Notes under the pieces: generated by a model
What the model saw: only the letters and a program-made list of their open reading frames with translations
What the model was told of the DNA's origin: nothing
Database searches by the model: none
NCBI GenBank assembly: GCA_964016885.1
Contig: OZ024743.1
Coordinates: 54,498,001-54,562,000 of the forward strand
Length of the DNA: 64,000 bases
Origin: Eledone cirrhosa
Lineage: Eukaryota
Reading direction: 5' to 3'
Program-made: the position numbers and the translations under genes
Shown here: positions 42,701 to 57,246 of the stretch, in pieces
Layout: each line of letters starts with the position of its first letter
Numbering within the stretch: the stretch's first letter is position 1

Positions 42701-43258
42701 AAATGACTTTTTATTAAGCACGAACTAATAACACGCTGACAGTGCCAAGGTAGTGGCTATGTTAAGTGTGTATCAGCATGAACCATCAAAGTAAAACTCC
42801 TAAGTCAAAGTCATATGTTAATTCTGTTAAGTTCTTATATTTTAAGAGCAATTTTCGCTTTAGCTCATTCACGTGAAGCCCATCAGCAGCTGTTTCAATT
42901 GACATATTGTCACATAAGAATTAATGGGGTGAATACTTAATCAGTTTCTGTCAACGTGAACGTATCAATGTATGTCGCTTTCTATTGATATAAGACTACA
43001 TAATTAGGGAAATAGCTTTTAGAAGTCGACATGAATATTTTATAGAGAGCTGTCAAACGACTAGTTTGGCTGTTTGATAAATATGAATATTATACAGAGG
43101 AGTGGCTGCTTTCAAATAAGAATTCTACTTTCTAATCGTTAGCCTTTATGCCGTTTATAATCAGCACTGTGAATGTAATGGATGGATGTAGGTAGATATC
43201 TGAAAAACACTAACGTTTTTGGATTGTTCAAAAAACATCTGACAGAGAGCCTTGCATT

Positions 43259-43434
<176 letters not shown>

Positions 43435-43907
43435 TGTTTGTAAGTACGTATATATAAATATGCATATACACATTTACACATACGCATACAAACTCTGAGA
43501 TAGAAACGTTAAACACAGACGGGGGCACACACACATACACAGATATACATCTATAAATACACATGTACACACATTCAGATATATATATATATATACACAC
43601 AGAAACACGAACACAAACAAAAACAGACAGACACATATACACATCAAGATCGAAATATTATACAGATATATATATATACACCACGCCTGTACTCGGACAC
43701 ATACGTACACACATGCTCATACAGACACTCACGCACATATACACACATACTGCAACACAAAAATCACACCCGCGCGGACATACACTTACACTGTCACGCA
43801 AATATGCTCGACCAGAGCATTTTCGAGCAACATCTGATTATAAATAGGACAAATATATTAAAATATAAGCTATACTTCATATGATTACATGCACACACAC
43901 GTATGTG

Positions 43908-43963
<56 letters not shown>

Positions 43964-44119
43964 TGGTAACACAACAGTTAGTTCACCTTACCGAGAACAA
44001 TTGTTTCACCTTATGCAGGTCTTCAGCTCGGACTGGCCATGGTTATACGGAACAGGAAGAATATTTATATATATATGTATTTATGTTTATGCCTATATAT
44101 ATACATTTTTTTTTTTTTT

Positions 44120-44491
44120 CTAGGGCGAGTAAAATTCCTGAGATCCATGGACGAGTTCTCTCCAGCGGTCTCTGTCCCTCCTTACCGCTGCCATGTCCTG
44201 CGTCTCCAACATGCCAGTGTCTGTCCTTGGGGCATGAACATACGTTAACCTTGGTCTTTCTCTTCCAGTGTGTCCATGTAGGGGCTCCCACAGGAGCACT
44301 GAGTGCAATGTCAACTCTGGATGTCGGTAAGCATGTCCAGCTAACCTCAGTCTCCTCTGTGTCACTTTTGAGCTGACTTTGGGAGGCTCCCATACAGCTC
44401 TGAGGTGTTCATCCTCAGTGTATACTGATTAATGTTCAGAGCCATCCTCAGCACTCTCGTGTAGCACCCATCCACCATCTGAGTGAGTTTC

Positions 44492-44492
<1 letters not shown>
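44120..44492 (-). mobile_element. RTE-like LINE 3' fragment
   Basis: RRLRLAGHAYRH...GRERPRLTYV...DRDRWRELV. Confidence 0.75.
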
Positions 44493-44576
<84 letters not shown>

Positions 44577-44921
44577 AATATATATATATATATATATAAT
44601 ATATATACATATATGTATGTATATATAAAAACAAATAACGAAACGAAATTAAATTTCGTTTCGTTTGTAACTCACTTTTGTATGACTGACGCTTAAACAA
44701 TTAAGTTAAAAATGTACATCTATATATGCATACTGAAATACTAGTGTGTATATGAATACACACACGTATACATATGTAGGTGTACCAAGTCTTTCACTGA
44801 TCGCTTTACAGTGAGCGGCCCAGCTATTCTGTATGTAAACACACAGACAAACCGGTTTTTAGAGTCATACTGGTTTTTCGGGGGAACACCTTCCCCCTAT
44901 TCTCCAGAAAGCCAGACAAGG

Positions 44922-44966
44922 AATATTGAACTAGTTTCGTTGTTGTTACAACTCATCAGCAATATT
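44922..44966 (-). ncRNA. Type I hammerhead ribozyme
   Basis: aatattg CTGATGA gttg-taacaa-caac GAAA ctag TT caatatt. Confidence 0.85.
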
Positions 44967-45373
44967 TACCTATCTACCGGCCTTTCTGGAGAATTGTAAA
45001 AGCACATATCGTTATATGCTTTTTCTATGAAAATTAGTAGTGGGCAGACTAATTTGCATAGAGTGTGAGTACGCACCGGTTCAGCGGAGACGATAAAAAC
45101 AAATAACGAAACGAAATTAAATTTCGTTTCGTTTGTAACTCACTTTTGTATGACTGACGCTTAAACAATTAAGTTAAAAATGTACATCTATATATGCATA
45201 CTGAAATACTAGTGTGTATATGAATACACACACGTATACATATGTAGGTGTACCGCTGAACCGGTGCGTACTCACACTCTATGCAAATTAGTCTGCCCAC
45301 TACTAATTTTCATAGAAAAAGCATATAACGATATGTGCTTTTACAATTCTCCAGAAAGGCCGGTAGATAGGTA

Positions 45374-45418
45374 AATATTGCTGATGAGTTATAACAACAA
45401 CGAAACTAGTTCAATATT
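45374..45418 (+). ncRNA. Type I hammerhead ribozyme (mirror copy)
   Basis: Same motif with one stem II substitution. Confidence 0.85.
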
Positions 45419-47929
45419 CCTTGTCTGGCTTTCTGGAGAATAGGGGGAAGGTGTTCCCCCGAAAAACCAGTATGACTCTAAAAACCGGTTTGTCTGTGTG
45501 TTTACATACAGAATAGCTGGGCCGCTCACTGTAAAGCGACCAGTGAAAGACTTGGTACACCTACATATGTATACGTGTGTGTATTCATATACACACAGCA
45601 GATAGGCAAATCAGAGAGGCCAGTGAAATAGAAATTAGAAGACCAAAGCTAAACAGAAAGAATGAATGGAATAACAACAACACCCAAACAAACAACACTG
45701 ACCTAAGAGAAGTATAAATAAGTAAATAAAATAAGATAAATAAATACATACACAAGCACAATAACAACAAGCACATAAACACACACTAGTCACCCATCAC
45801 ACAGCAAACATAACACTATACACACACGCAAACGCATGCGCAAAGAAGACAAAATAAAATAAACAAACAAGCAAATAAATAAATAAATATATAGACAGAC
45901 TGAATAAAAAATGGCGTAGACATACAACACAACAGGAGGAAAATATAACACCACTGACGATGTTGCAGATGTGCAACGAAAGATTTATGATAAACTATAT
46001 ATATGTGTTTGTGTCTATATTGTATCTGTATCACTTTTGACCGTCGGTCAGTCAATGGCAACATTGAGGGCCGAGTAAGTTAGATTACCGATATAAAAGA
46101 CAGCGAGAAGCGAAAACCAACCAAACAGTGAGTGTGTTCTGTTATTAATTCTGGCAATATTACACAAATATGACCCTCCCCAAGTATAAATATATATATA
46201 TATATATATATACATAAATTCATGTTGCATAATATTAATGATAATTTTGTATCTGTTCATTCGTATATATGTGTAAAAGGTAAACAGAAATAACAACAAT
46301 CGGTACAGTATATGGAAGGTATATATTAGGTTAATGCTTGATATAGCAGGAAGAAGGTCTTAACGTTTTGGACGCTAGTCATTCATTAGAAGAAAGAATG
46401 AGAAATAAGATAGATTGAGGGGACGGGCGCGTTGGAATTGGAAAAAATGTCTTTAGATAAAAATAACAGTTACCCATGTATATCGGTGTTCTATCTTCAG
46501 ATTATCGATATTGTCCAAAGTATAGGCAACAGCCGGTACAATTTAGTACCTGGGTCTTAGTACATTAACTTAACAGTTAAGTGGACAGGAGCAAATTAAT
46601 ATATAATGCCTTGCTCTAGGACACAATACATTGCCTGATCCAAAAATCGAATGATACCAGTGGGAGTCTAACACTAAAACTCTAGCCACTAAGCCATAAA
46701 CATAATATATGTACAGACAATATGATTTCATATAACAATGTAATAATGTTTGGTCAACCTCAGTGGATAAAGAAACACAAGTATAACTAGAGTGGGATAG
46801 AATTAAGTGCCATTGTATATGTGTGTACAAACGGGTAAAGACACCCTTCGGTCACGGATGACGATGACCTTTGCACCTAGATAGTTCCTCCGCGAGGTAC
46901 AAGCCCGGGGAAGTTTTGAGGAAGACCAACAGTCACCTATGCATACTAGTCTCCCCTCTCCACGTCACTGATGTCGTCCAAGGGAAAATCAAAGTTTGAT
47001 CCAACTTGGCGTGTGTGACGTCGCAACACATTCCTACAACTGAGTAAACTGGAGCAACGTGAAATAAAGTGTCTTGCTTGAGGACACAACGCATCGCCCG
47101 GTCGGGAATTCAATTCACAACTTCACGATTGGGAATCCAACTTTCTAACCACTAAGCCACGCGTCATTACACCTGTGTACAGTGTGTAATAAGTGTGTGT
47201 GAAATTGTTTTGTGTGTGAGCGCGTGCGTACATGGTGGGTGCATGCGTGTGTGTGTGAGAGAGAGATGGAGAGAGTAAGAAGAGTGGATGCAGCATGATC
47301 GAATATATATCCCTTCATAAATATTTGGCCCTGAGATTGATCCCAGTGTTATATAGTCAGCAAGTATCAATCATCATAGTTTTGAGTCGTCCCAAGCGTT
47401 GTAAGTGAAATTGCGTTGATAGAAATAGTGTAGAAGCCTTTCGAATGGACTGTACCTGTAATTCAAAACGTCTCACTTGTTAAACATTTAATCCTGCCTC
47501 GGCCACTAAGCCCGGTAGCACGGCTCGCACTGCAGAAGACAAGCAAATGCGTCCTCGGCCCCCGGCGAGCTGACCACGTCCGTAAAATGAGATTGATAAC
47601 ACCCCATCTGAGGAATAAGCTACGCGAGATAGGGGGACTGTTGCAGCGTGTGTCGAGAGCCATTGTCCATGGAAACACCACTCTGACCTAGTTGTAAAGT
47701 CTGTCACTCTCTGTCCTTCCCCATATCTGTCTTTCTTTGTCTTGTCATCTTTGCTCTTGCTCTTATTTTCCTCTCATTTATGGCATTTATTGTCCTTTCC
47801 AATGCTGCCTTCTTTTCCTGTATGTTTAACCAAATAGCAATTTCAATTTACCTCTTTTAAAAAATCATGTAGCATCTGGAAAATTAATTTAAGGGTAAAA
47901 CAGTCTATGGAATCATCTTTTAGTGCTGT

Positions 47930-48160
47930 TACAAATAAATAATAGAATGAACTTTATAGATAATGAACGCAACCACAAGGATATGGTCCGAACGTGGAAG
48001 AGCCGAACTCCCACTGTCATCGCCTCCCCTCTCTCTGTATGGTGAGAAAATGGGGTCCTACGTGCTGGCCTCCCGACAGTCTCGGCGGACAGAATGGAGA
48101 AGGCGTTTGCCCGGAGGATGTTAAGGGAGATGCGTTGGAAGAGCCATTCCAACTCGAAAT
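47930..48160 (-). mobile_element. CRE-like LINE 3' fragment
   Basis: ELEWLFQRISLNILRANAFSILSA; homologous to 55680-56160. Confidence 0.65.
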
Positions 48161-48509
48161 TCGATGGAATATTCAATCAGTTCCACTATATTGCAAGATG
48201 GGCTGTAACTGTAATCTACAAGGTCAACCTTGTCACTCTCTCAAACTGAATCTCCCCGAGAGCTAAGTTAAGTGTAAACCTGTTTGGGGTATGTTCAAAC
48301 AGGTACACACAGGTTAATTTCACGAACAGGCTGCTCAAATGAGCGAACGGTTACGAAGTTCTAGTATGGGTAAGACTAAAGACAGAGAAAAACAGTATAG
48401 CAGAGTCAAAACGAATGAATAGTGTGAAATACGATGTCACTCTCTTTCTCCCTTTCTCGCTTTCTCTCTCTCCTTCTTCGTTTATCATTGTCTCTCTCTC
48501 TCACACTCA

Positions 48510-48555
<46 letters not shown>

Positions 48556-48638
48556 CTGTATATATATATATATATACACACATTCACACAGACACACACA
48601 CATATGTAGATATACACTTACACACACTCACACATACG

Positions 48639-48700
<62 letters not shown>

Positions 48701-49048
48701 GTAGGAAGTTCAAAGATAAGTTGTGTTTTCGTTAAGTGGTTGGTCAATAACGAAAGAAGAAAGAGAATCGACATTGACAACAACAACGAGAAAGGGCGGA
48801 GGATATAGACATAAAGGAGTAGTAGGTATAGGAGTAATGGGTGTAGAAGTAGTGTGTGTAGGAGTAGTTAGTGTAGGAGTAGTAAGTGTAGCAGGAGTAG
48901 TGGGTGTAGGAGTAGTGGGTGCAGGAGTAATGGTAGGGGATAAGAGAAAAGGGGGAATGTGAAGGTGACGAAAGACGAAGAAACACTGGAAGGTATGTTA
49001 CGTGATTTATTAACAAAATAACAGTGATAAAAATTTGAAAACTACACG

Positions 49049-49093
<45 letters not shown>

Positions 49094-49094
<1 letters not shown>

Positions 49095-49130
49095 TAGATG
49101 AAGGCGATTACTTCTCCCACGTTGTGTTAT

Positions 49131-49174
<44 letters not shown>

Positions 49175-49470
49175 ACACACACACACACGCACGCACATAC
49201 ACACACAAACACACTCTCTCTAAACAAATGCTCTTCCTGTTCTCTCTCTTGTTTCTGGACATCTCTTTCGCTTTGCGCGCCCCTCTCTCTACATAGACGA
49301 GGGTGACGTCGTAAATTTCTGTCTGTCTACTTCTTTATGTCACCTCGAAAGCACACGGTCTCTCTTTTCTATGTACATATCTCTCGCTTGGTGCTCCCTC
49401 TCTCTATATAAAGTGAGTGTGACAGACGGAGAGACGGACGAACAGACAGACAACGCTTTTATAATATAGA
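49094..49470 (-). mobile_element. Non-autonomous Helitron-like element
   Basis: Minus strand starts TCtatattata...gtctgtctg and ends CTAG. Confidence 0.5.
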
Positions 49471-49895
49471 TGTATAATGTAAATGTGTGTATGAATGTGC
49501 TCTGTTGTGTGTGTGTGTGTGTGTACTAGGTTACTCGTGAATGACGTATTTAAGCTACTTATCCGAATTGGTTAGAATGTCTCAGATAAGAATCGCTGGA
49601 CAGATTTTACAGGCAAAACCAACTGGCAGGAGAACCAGGGGTAGACCTCGAGTAAGGTTGTTGGATAACATCCATGAGCTTGGCTGGTCATGCTTGGGCA
49701 TCCAGCCGGATCAGTTGGAGATGGTTGCTTCTGACAGGACCCGCTGGAAGGGGTGCTTGGGGTCTCTACCCTCATATCCTTCTCGGGAATAATTAGGCGA
49801 TGAAGATTATCGAGATATTGGAAGTACGTACGTGTTTGAGTGTGTGATCATATATATATATGTGTGTTTGTGTGTATGCGTGCGCGTATATATGT

Positions 49896-50265
49896 ACACT
49901 TGGGTCCCAAATAATAGAGGGGGGGGGGTAATAAGTGGGGAGTTGGAATAGCGGGGTTTAATCCATGATTTTTCTAGGTTGTCTTCGTAGATTTAAAAAT
50001 AAAATAAGTATTAGTCGCTTAGTTTCGAAGTTGAGACCGCAGCCCATCCTATTTATTTTATAACGTCTGGAATGTCTAGTAATTTTTTTTTTTTTCATAT
50101 ATAATGTTTTTTAAAGTTTAAAGAGAATTAATTTTCACAGAAATATTACCACCTAAAATAAAATTTCGCTAGGGATAGATTAGCAAAATTTAATATGCAG
50201 GGTGGGTGGATTGAAAAATTAATAAGTGGTGGGAGGGAGGTTGATTATTCGAGGCCCGAGAGTAT
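49896..50265. mobile_element. MITE with degenerate TIRs, TA flanks
   Basis: tacacttgggtcccaaataat ... attattcgaggcccgagagta. Confidence 0.5.
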
Positions 50266-50367
50266 ACATTATTTCTACTTAAATACATATGTTTCAAATA
50301 GAAAGTTACTTGTCACTGGTGTACTGAAAATCTCAATAAAGGGTAACTAAAATCCCACTTAGAGAAT

Positions 50368-50513
<146 letters not shown>

Positions 50514-50811
50514 CCTTTTACAAAGGTAGCTAAGGGGAGACTCCTAGCAGACCAACATAATACGTCCATTGCCGTTCCAGCATGGTGTGAATTTTCACGT
50601 GTGCGTAGATCAGGCAAACAAATAAATATTTGTACACAGGACGGAGATGAGTACATATGCCGCTAGACATAGCATATATATATCATGTCTCTCAACTCAA
50701 TAATAATGGAGGAGCAAATATCAAACAACGGTATTTGTCAGTGGCGTTCTGAAAATCTCAATAAATGATAGATAGAAATTAGAGAATTATATATATATAT
50801 ATATGTATGTA

Positions 50812-50948
<137 letters not shown>

Positions 50949-50954
50949 GTATAT

Positions 50955-51044
<90 letters not shown>

Positions 51045-51049
51045 CTAGA

Positions 51050-52300
51050 GCTAATAACGGAAATAAAAGACCATGTGACCTCTGCGCCGCTGAGGCCCTG
51101 GAAATACTCTACGCCACAGACCACATTTAAACAAAAAATCTGAGGCAATTTCGGCTTGTAAACATAAATTACACAAAACTTTCCTGTATTACAGCCCCAC
51201 ATTATACCCTAACGGATAGTACGATCTATACGCGGATATTATACGTCTTGATGTGGTAGCTAAGTTATGTTTATACCATTACTTATTTGCATAGGTATGT
51301 ATATATTACCTGTATGTTTTGTGAAGGTACGTATACTTTCTCGTACGCATATTTGATTGTATATGTTATGGCGTATATTTTATATATTCTGGTACATATG
51401 CTTTTGGCTATGTGTATACGTGAGTTTTGCGTCTGTGTGAGTATGCGGGTTCGTACGTATATAGGGTGTGTGTATATGTGTACTTCGTGTTTTTGTTGAC
51501 GTACGTCTCCGAACATTTGTGTATTTACATGTAGGTATATGTGTGAGCTTGTTATATACGTATTTATTTATTTATATACGTTTATTTAATTATTTTTATA
51601 CACGCACACACATACACACATATTTATATGTGCGTGTATTTGTATACCTATGGCGAGTGTTTTCGCGTATGCTTGTGTATGTATGTATATGGATGCGGGT
51701 ATGTATTTATTTAATTTCAATTACCTCTGTATTTTATTTACTTTATTCTTAACTCTGAAGCGGAGAATCATTCGGTTTCCTAGTTAGAATTTTAGTCTAC
51801 GACTTCAGTTATACCATTTACGTGGTTTTGTCTTTGCGTGCAATTGTTATATACGCTCCACATATGACGTATTAGCTTCGTTTTTTCCGTTTATTGCCAG
51901 AGAACGTCTCTATGAACCACCTAAGAGAATATTAGTCTACGACTTCTTTTATACCATAAACGTGGTTCTGTCTTTGCGTGTAATTGTTTTTCACCGCTCC
52001 AAATAATGACGTATAATATTCCTTTTTTCCCGTTCTTTGCCAGGGAACGTTTCCACGAACCAAAGTATCGTCTTCCTGTCTTCCTCCGGTGCAACGTTTT
52101 TTGAAATATTCACTTCTGCGTTCACAGATTGACTTTGTTAGTTTCAGAAGATCCCGTTAAGGGTGAAAGCAGCGATTCTTTGCTTAAACTTTAATCTGTT
52201 ATTTCAATAAATATTTGTTCTACGGTTCTTATATATTTGATATATATTTATACTTATCGAGCCCTCTTTGGATTTTAGTCTTCAAATTTATTATTATTAC
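51050..52300 (+). mobile_element. 3' portion of the same Penelope family as 19970-23137
   Basis: Reverse-complement homology to ~19970-21530, without the SINE. Confidence 0.85.
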
Positions 52301-52328
52301 TATATATATATATATATACATATATATG

Positions 52329-52366
<38 letters not shown>

Positions 52367-52434
52367 TATATGTGTATATATATGTATATATATATATATA
52401 AGTATATATATATGTGTGTATGTATGCATGTATT

Positions 52435-52510
<76 letters not shown>

Positions 52511-52515
52511 TAAAA

Positions 52516-53078
52516 TAACATTTACAATTTAGCTAAGGGGAGGCTCATAGCAGAGTAACCTAAAATAAGCTTGCTCAAATGTTAATCTTGTCTGTACTGC
52601 AGTTTCATGCGAAAAGAAAATATTAGCCATTCTATACAATAGAATGGTTAATATTTTCTTATTAATATCATATTCTATATAATAGCATGGACAATATCCA
52701 AGTAATTTGGAGTCTTCATATGGCTTCCTAGTGGATAGACAGCTGGCAATGGATGGTCGTACATCCACTAACATGTGAATATTTAATTATACTTTCAAAG
52801 AAGCCATTTGATGATTCCGAATGTCTTGGATATTGTCCATTCTATATAATAGAATAACCAATATTTTCTCATCGGATGAAACTGCAGTAATGGCGAGAAT
52901 AATGGTAGAGCAAGGTTAATTTAGACTACTTTGCTATGAGTCTCCCCTTAGTAAACATTGTAAAAGTTATATTATATTGTTCCTATTACCCACTCTACTA
53001 CCCACTCTACTACCCCAAGTATTGAGTACTTTGGTGCGTTATAGTCCATCTGGTTCCTTACCACATTTCCTTCGTTAT
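52516..53078 (+). mobile_element. Older fold-back element with a decayed hammerhead (52803-52894)
   Basis: Arms ~52516-52715 / 52800-52970; gccat tTGATGA ttccga...tcggat GAAA ctgcag TA atggc. Confidence 0.65.
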
Positions 53079-53658
53079 ATATATATATATATATAAATTG
53101 ATTTAATTAGACAATTCAACTGATTGGTTAATTATTTATGTTTGTTTAATAACGTCTAGTTGAGAGCTTTTCATTCGGATTGTGGAACGGAATTGATTTC
53201 ACATTTTGAATTTGCCCGCCAAAAACCGGGGGTTACTTCTCTTGTTGGAAAAAAAGTGACAGTGGAACACTGAATGCTGCCACCGGTAGCAGTTCAGTGC
53301 TACACTCCACACCGGCTTGAGGCATAGAACGAAAAACGTGAGTCCACAGTTCGATCATAGAATACCACAAACTGGCATATTGCGCAAGTGGATTGATGAT
53401 TTCGGTTTCATAGAAACCCATCGGACGTATTGCATAATATCGTTTGATTTGTCCAGGTCAGTTGTCTAACCTGATTAGATTTTTCGTTGATTTGGTTTTA
53501 TGTGGCTAAGTTTACCTGCCGTAATTTTCAATTTGTCAAACTGTCTAAACGTATGTTATTACTCTAAGGCCTACAACCTTATCGAGTGCGTTGCTGCACA
53601 TTCTTAATTGTATAGCGTTAGCTTGACCACAGTCAAAACTTTGATTTCACTAAGCTTC

Positions 53659-53726
<68 letters not shown>

Positions 53727-53819
53727 GAAGGTTCAGTAAATCCGAAGAAAATTGGTGAGAGAAGCAAAGTCAGCACTCGATGCAGAGCAGAATGTATATA
53801 ATAAGAACAAAGTGGAGAT

Positions 53820-54083
53820 ATTATATAGGAGATTTATTGCTTAATCCTGGTTACAAATGTTTCCCCGAGCAGCTGGCTCGTGATCTGGGATGGCACCCTC
53901 AGCATATGCTTGTTTGTGTTTTTGCTGGTTTTTCCACAGATTTGATGTGATTTTTGTTGTGTTAACACTGGTCTGAGGATCAGGCAATCTTGGAGTCTGG
54001 TCTGGGGGTGCCATCCTAGATCACAAGTCAGCTGCTTGGGAAACATTTGTAATCAGGATAAGACAATAAAACTCCTATATAAT
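53820..54083 (+). mobile_element. Fold-back element with a hammerhead (53968-54056)
   Basis: Arms 53820-53902 / 54002-54083; ctggt CTGAGGA tcaggca...tgcttgg GAAA catttg TA atcag. Confidence 0.65.
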
Positions 54084-54405
54084 AAGAACAAATTGGAGAT
54101 GTTACAAATATATAGATAGATATACATATATATATAATTATATCCGTGTGCATGTATTTTTGTATATATATATATACGCATGTGTACATGTGTATGAGCG
54201 CATGTATGAGTGTGTTTGTACATGTGTGCGTGTGTGTGTGCATGTGTGTCTGTGTGCGTGCGTGTGTGCATGCGTATGTGTGCGTATGTAAATGTATATG
54301 AACTATATTACAAATTGGAGATTGCCACACATCTCGGAAGTTGTTTTTCGCTAATTCCAAAGCCGAAATATGATTCTCGCTAATTTATATTTGTATATAT
54401 ATATG

Positions 54406-54436
<31 letters not shown>

Positions 54437-54610
54437 GGGGTAGTCTGCTGTGCTGAAACCAGGGAGACCTGTAATCATGGGAATACTCAATGCATGGGGA
54501 AATGTGGTATGTAAAATCCCGACCACGGCCTCAAGCGGTACGGTTGTTTCATATATATATATATAGTGACGAAACATAAGTCAATTGCATGAACTCATAA
54601 TCCTTTATTT

Positions 54611-54666
54611 ACTGCTATATATATTTCGATGATAGCCATTGAATGGCTATGACCTCATCAGGCAGT
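54611..54666 (-). ncRNA. Type I hammerhead ribozyme
   Basis: actgc CTGATGA ggtc-atagccatt-c-aatggctat-catc GAAA tatata TA gcagt. Confidence 0.8.
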
Positions 54667-54747
54667 TAGTCAGTTCTTAGATATGCCAGCTCTGTGTTTA
54701 TAGTGTTAATGGTATCAATATATATATATATATAGAGAGAGAGAGAT

Positions 54748-54816
<69 letters not shown>

Positions 54817-55679
54817 TATCCGTGTGCATGTATTTTTGTATATATATATGCGCATGTGTACGTGTGTATGAGCGCATATATGAGTGTGTTTGTACAAGTG
54901 TGCGTGTGTGTGTGCGTGTGTGTCTGTGTGCGTGCGTGTGTGCATGCGTATGTGTGCGTATGTAAATGTATATGAACTATATTATTAAAGAGTACGCTGA
55001 AGTGTATGTAGATAGGAATCGCATTGAGACAAATTTTATGGTTCTTCATTTGTTAAACAAGCTATAAATTTAATAATCAAAATCTAGAATAATAACACAT
55101 AAATACAGATTTGTTATCAAATGTGAGATATGAAGACACTATATTGAAGGAATAAATAACAAAGAGAAACGTTGATATTGATTTGCAAACAGGTTACGTG
55201 CAATTTCACACAGGGCAAATTGAATGCCAATTAAACCAGTAACCATTTCTTTCCATCTCTGAAGCAATGCGTATAGGTCTATTTCTGTTGCGACAGCAGG
55301 TCTGGCTGAATAGTTTAGACCTTCTCTTCACAATCATGAGGCACCGGGTTTAATCTCTTTACGTAGCATCTTAAACGAATGTCATACAAATGTATATACA
55401 GATAGGGGCGGATACATCGTCCATAGAATCTCGGCTGGAAATATTATCGAGCCCCTTAATTATTGAGGTAGATAAAATATTTTAAAAAATGTGGAGCACT
55501 CGGTTAAAGCTCAGTGAGCCTCCACCTTAATATGTCTCTACGAACATGCCGATGGCATTGAGGTTGGTGTGTGTGTGACTAACAAACATAAGGTCGTTGG
55601 TTCGATTCCTAGACCGAGCGATGCTTCATTTCACATTGCTTTTCGTGATATCAGAGAGAATGACAATCTTCCTGTTCTG

Positions 55680-56160
55680 CGGTGGTAAACCCCTCATCAA
55701 GGATGCCACATGTAGAGGCAACCTGGTACAGTCGGCGACAAACTCAGGCTCTGCTACACTTCGAGCCGAGGAGGGTAAACTCTCCAAATATCGGTCGCTC
55801 TCCGACAGGTTTGTGGTCGAACCCGTAGCAATGGGGACTTCTGGTGTCCTTGGTCCTAGGGCCACCTCCCTACTGACTCCCATTGGCACGGAGTTAGCTA
55901 CCCGTAGGTGTGGCCCCACGAGCTGGAATGGTTCTTCCAGCGCGTCTCCCTCACCATCCTCCGGGGAGGGGCCTTCTCTAATCTGTCCGCCGGAGCCTTT
56001 GGGCGGCCAGCGCTTTGGCCCCCATTTGCTGATAATAGTGAGAGATTGGGAGAACGCGGGAGACGGTGGGAGTTTGGTTACTTTGTGTTCGGACCTAGTG
56101 TATATGTATATATTTATTTACCGCCCATGTTACATACTGTGATTGTAAATATCATATAAT
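55680..56160 (+). mobile_element. CRE-like RLE LINE C-terminal fragment
   Basis: DAT...RAEEGKLSKYRSL...EPVAMGTSGVLG...WFFQRVSLTILRG. Confidence 0.7.
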
Positions 56161-57209
56161 CACATTTTTCTTCCCCTACAAAGAAGTTAAATTGAAGCCA
56201 CTATCATTAAAACATCCAAGAAACCTCCTCTGAGATCCACTTCGTAGGAGACCAAATAAACTTGTACAGGTGTGAAATGCAAATTTCTTTTGGTTTGTTT
56301 TTATCATTTTTATTTCATACATACATTCATACGAAATTACATATATATACATCGATGTATACAACTATACACATGCAACTTTTGAAACAAAATTAATTAT
56401 ATACATCCGACAATCTAACTAAACTCTACTCTCAAAATATTTCAATGTGTTATTTTGTAGTTGCTTAGATTTTCATCCGTTTTACTTTTATTATTTTTCT
56501 TTCTCTCTCAAATTGCTGTTTATGTTTGTTGTTTGGTGAACGTTTATTTGAATTACACCCAAGTATTTTCATCAAAGACTATGACTATACCATCTGGTAA
56601 AACTTTAAACAATCTAAACAGGAGGCAGCGACTTGGAAAAGGAAAAACAAAGACGTAATAAAAGAAAAAAGGTTTTATGTCTTATCAACGATGAAAAGAA
56701 TCTACTCGGTCCTTAACAGTTAAAATCCGATCACATGATAATGTTGTCTGTGAAGTTCCAACATTATCCACAAAAGTACTTAGAGCAGAAATAGATCGGC
56801 ACCAGAAAACGAAGTAGCACTTCCCAGCCTCTCTTAACCTTATTCTTTTGCATTTATTTTATTTTATTTATTCATTTTTTAAAAAGTTTTCCTCTCTTTC
56901 TTTTCGACGCGGCAAATTTGTAATCAGAAGGAAGAAACAGTGTTTCTGGTGGCGGGATTTGAAGGTCTGAGTGAAACAATATATCAAAGCTACTGATTTT
57001 TCTCATTATTTTACTTATTCTCTTTCGTTATATATATATTTACACACGCACACACACACACACACAAAGAAAAAAAGATGAAATCGAAAATGCAACTGGA
57101 GTCTTATTTAAAAAAAGATATATATATTTATTTGGTTCCTTTACCGGTTTCGCAGTTCTTCTGCTTTTCAAAAGTAGAGTTGAGATGGAGGGTCTGTGGT
57201 TTTTCTCAC

Positions 57210-57246
<37 letters not shown>

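Larger units (their letters stand above)
44625..45596. mobile_element. 468-bp hammerhead monomer: 1.35 tandem copies + 344-bp inverted arm
   Basis: Direct repeat at 44625/45093; 45253-45596 is the reverse complement of 44744-45087. Confidence 0.9.

Noticed and set aside
47463-47707. GC-richer island with short ORFs
   Set aside because: Probably a TE fragment, but no motif I can assign
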